From assembly GCA_964548325.1 (NCBI GenBank), contig CAZJPX010000002.1:1-29544 (forward strand): DNA of 29,544 nucleotides, read 5' to 3'. Positions 27,170-29,544 of the stretch are shown here, in pieces. The first letter of the stretch is position 1; each line of letters begins with the position of its first letter. The notes beneath the pieces were generated by a model. It was not told where the DNA came from, ran no database searches, and saw only the letters and a list, made by a program, of their open reading frames with translations. The translations under genes were made by a program, and so were the position numbers. Origin of the DNA: an uncultured Staphylococcaceae bacterium. Its GTDB lineage: Bacteria > Bacillota_I > Bacilli_A > RFN20 > CAG-826.

Positions 27170-27820
27170 TTATTGTTTAAATCCAGATCTAAGTTTCTTA
27201 TCCCAGTAATAATAGTTAGGATAGTATTTTAAAATATGATTATAAAATTTATCAGAGTGGTCACGATATTTATCGTGAGCTAACTCGTGGACAATTACAC
27301 TATCAATTTCTTCAACTGAATGGTGTATTAGTGAAATAGATAAAGTAATCGAATGTGTTTGAACCGAGTTAGAACCATAAATGGAAGATACATTTTTTAT
27401 TCTTATAGAATAAGGATCTTTTATACCCATCAAATTTGAATAATATAACGTTCTTTCAGCTAAAAATTTTTGAACATCTTTTTTTATCATTTTATAAAAG
27501 ATTTTTTGATCTTTATATAAAACATTTTTATTAAATACTTTAACAAATCCATCATCGCTTTTTAAGAACTCTCCAAGAAAATATACTCCATTTGTTCTAA
27601 ATGCATTTTTCTTACTTGGTTTAATTAATTTCTTATAATTTATTTCATTTAAAAATATTTCTTTTATTTCTTCTAATGATATACCATGAAAAGCAGTTAC
27701 AAGAAATTCACCATCAATAAATCTTGCTCTGATACATCTTTGATTAGTAAATCTTTTTACATTGACCAAATATGTTTTTTCATCAATTAAAACATAAAAG
27801 TATTCTTTATTTGAATGCAT
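27170..27820 (-). CDS. YgjP-like (DUF45/M48) zinc metallohydrolase
   Basis: YGSNS...ITLS, VIVHELAH (HExxH), HSDKFY. Confidence 0.85.
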   Translation of the reverse strand: MHSNKEYFYVLIDEKTYLVNVKRFTNQRCIRARFIDGEFLVTAFHGISLEEIKEIFLNEINYKKLIKPSKKNAFRTNGVYFLGEFLKSDDGFVKVFNKNVLYKDQKIFYKMIKKDVQKFLAERTLYYSNLMGIKDPYSIRIKNVSSIYGSNSVQTHSITLSISLIHHSVEEIDSVIVHELAHDKYRDHSDKFYNHILKYYPNYYYWDKKLRSGFKQ

Positions 27821-27877
27821 GAAATTATTATATATGATACCTTTTAAACTTTTCTAATTTTTCATATAATCTTGGTT

Positions 27878-28321
27878 ATGGAAACGATAATTGTTAGTGC
27901 TTGTTTATTAGGAGATAGATGTCGATATGATGGTAATTCTAATTATGACGAACGCATCGAACTCGTCAAAGAAAAATATGACATAGTCCCAATATGCCCA
28001 GAAGTATTTGGTGGGATGAGTGTGCCAAGAGAACCAACAGAATTAAAAAATGGATTACCTTATTCAATCAGTGGAAAAGATGTAAATAAATACTTTTTAA
28101 TAGGCACAAAAAAGATATTAAATATAACTAAATTTAAAAATGTATCTAAAGCGATACTAGTAGAAAAATCACCAAGTTGTGGAGTTCATCAAATCTATAA
28201 TGGTTATTTTAATGGTGGATTAATTAAAGGGGAAGGATACACGACAAAAGAACTTAAACGATTAAACATCGAATGTTATACATTAGATGAGTTCGTTGAA
28301 AAATTTATAAATAAGCATTAA
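27878..28321 (+). CDS. DUF523 / 2-thiouracil desulfurase (TudS)-family protein
   Basis: VSACLLG..CRYDG, PICPEV.GG, PREP, KSPSCG motifs. Start ATG 27878. Confidence 0.9.
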   Translation: METIIVSACLLGDRCRYDGNSNYDERIELVKEKYDIVPICPEVFGGMSVPREPTELKNGLPYSISGKDVNKYFLIGTKKILNITKFKNVSKAILVEKSPSCGVHQIYNGYFNGGLIKGEGYTTKELKRLNIECYTLDEFVEKFINKH

Positions 28322-28363
28322 AAACGTTTTATTAATTCAAAATCATTGCAAATCTAAGTTATT

Positions 28364-29544
28364 TTATTTAAAAACTATCTTTTTTAAGTGCCAAATATCT
28401 TTGTTATATTCTTCTATTGTTCTATCACTAGAAAAGTATCCACTTTTTGCAATATTGATAATACATGATTTTTCCCATGCATCTTCATCAAGGTAATAAT
28501 CATCTATTTTCTTAGTTTCTTTAATATAAGCATCAAAATCTTTAAAGATGAAGTATTCATCATTTCTGTTCATGATTTCTTCAAAAATGCTTCTGAATCT
28601 ATTAGGTTTATTTCTACACCATGGACCACTAAATAAGGAATTTAAAATATAATGAATTGAGGCATTTTTGTTATATAAATCCCAAACATTATATGATCCT
28701 TTTTTATTAAGTTCTTCTAATTGTTCGACTGTTTGACCAAAGATGAAACAGTTCTCTTTTCCTACTAATTTACAAATTTCAACATTAGCACCGTCTAATG
28801 TGCCTAAAGTGAGAGCTCCATTCATCATAAATTTCATATTTGAAGTGCCACTTGCTTCCTTTCCAGCTGTTGAAATTTGTTCTGAGATGTCTGTGGCAGG
28901 AATGATAATTTCTGCAAGACTGACTCCATAGTTTTCGATGAATACTACCTTCATATATTTAGAGACTTCAGGATCATTATTAACCACATCAGCAACAGCA
29001 TTAATTAATTTAATTATGTCTTTTGCAAATTTATATGATGGGGCTGCTTTTGCTCCAAAGATATATGTATGAGGATACATCTTAAACTTCTTGTTGGTTT
29101 TAATTTCGTTATATAAATATATGATTCTAAAGACGTTTAAAAGCTGTCTTTTATAGGCATGTAATCTTTTAATTTGAGTATCAAATATTGAATTTGGATC
29201 TACATCAATCTTGTTTCTTTCTTTAATAAACTTTGCTAATCTTAGCTTATTTTCAAGTTTTATCGCTTTTAATTCTTTATGAAGTTTCTTGTTATCTTGA
29301 TATTTTAATAATTTTTCTAACTCACTTGGTTTTTTAATCCAATTATTGCCAATTAATGATGTTATCTTATTAGAGAGAGCTTTGTTTGAATACAACAACC
29401 ATCTACGGTGAGTTATACCGTTGGTTTTGTTATTAAATTTTTCTGGAAAATATTTATAGAAATATTTAAAGGTGTTGGCTTTTAAAATGTTTGTATGTAT
29501 TGTTGCAACACCATTGACAGAAAAAGATGCAACAATAGCAAGAT
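28364..29544 (-). CDS. glgP: glycogen/starch/alpha-glucan phosphorylase (5' part beyond window edge)
   Basis: The frame stays open to the window end: LAIVASFSVNGVA...NKTNGITHRRWL, QIKRLHAYKRQLLN, GAKAAPSY, EASGTSNMKF (PLP Lys), GTLDGANVEI, FSSDRTI. The track start at 29398 is not the real start. Confidence 0.97.
   Translation of the reverse strand, partial: LAIVASFSVNGVATIHTNILKANTFKYFYKYFPEKFNNKTNGITHRRWLLYSNKALSNKITSLIGNNWIKKPSELEKLLKYQDNKKLHKELKAIKLENKLRLAKFIKERNKIDVDPNSIFDTQIKRLHAYKRQLLNVFRIIYLYNEIKTNKKFKMYPHTYIFGAKAAPSYKFAKDIIKLINAVADVVNNDPEVSKYMKVVFIENYGVSLAEIIIPATDISEQISTAGKEASGTSNMKFMMNGALTLGTLDGANVEICKLVGKENCFIFGQTVEQLEELNKKGSYNVWDLYNKNASIHYILNSLFSGPWCRNKPNRFRSIFEEIMNRNDEYFIFKDFDAYIKETKKIDDYYLDEDAWEKSCIINIAKSGYFSSDRTIEEYNKDIWHLKKIVFK

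Noticed and set aside
4985-28931. Other 60-130 aa ORF-track entries nested in or antisense to lon, tig, uvrC, mutS2, lspA/ileS, pheT, pheS, trmH and glgP
   Set aside because: All overlap well-supported genes, lack SDs or motifs, and are expected by chance.
28364-29398. Apparently short 344 aa phosphorylase (possible pseudogene)
   Set aside because: The frame is open to the window edge with conserved GlgP sequence, so this is a window truncation.
1-29544. CRISPR arrays, tRNA/rRNA genes, transposases, prophage or defence genes
   Set aside because: No regularly spaced repeats, cloverleafs or such proteins seen; intergenic gaps are short and mostly explained.

Overview
Very AT-rich core-genome segment of a reduced Bacilli-type (Firmicutes) bacterium. 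Almost all genes are on the minus strand. In transcription order from the right end: glgP (partial), DUF523 (+), YgjP/M48 protein, TrmH-family methylase, T-box-pheS-pheT-DUF177, mraZ-rsmH-two small membrane proteins, ftsA-ftsZ, T-box-ileS-lspA-rluD, rnhC (+), mutS2-uvrC, tig-lon-engB-valS-60 aa peptide, L21 leader-rplU (partial). I saw no mobile element genes, tRNA/rRNA, CRISPR or prophage. Main observations: (1) the only two in-frame CGG codons I found in about 9,200 codons both sit at positions that are Trp in ValRS and IleRS homologs, pointing to a CGG->Trp genetic code; (2) the Bacillus-like gene order is kept while cell-wall/shape genes are missing from their usual places; (3) two tandem paralogous microproteins occupy the ftsL-pbp-mur slot next to a degenerate FtsA; (4) a bacteriocin-leader-like 60 aa peptide follows valS; (5) a nested 124 bp inverted repeat lies where rpmF normally sits. 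All calls come from manual reading and recalled family motifs; no database searches were run.
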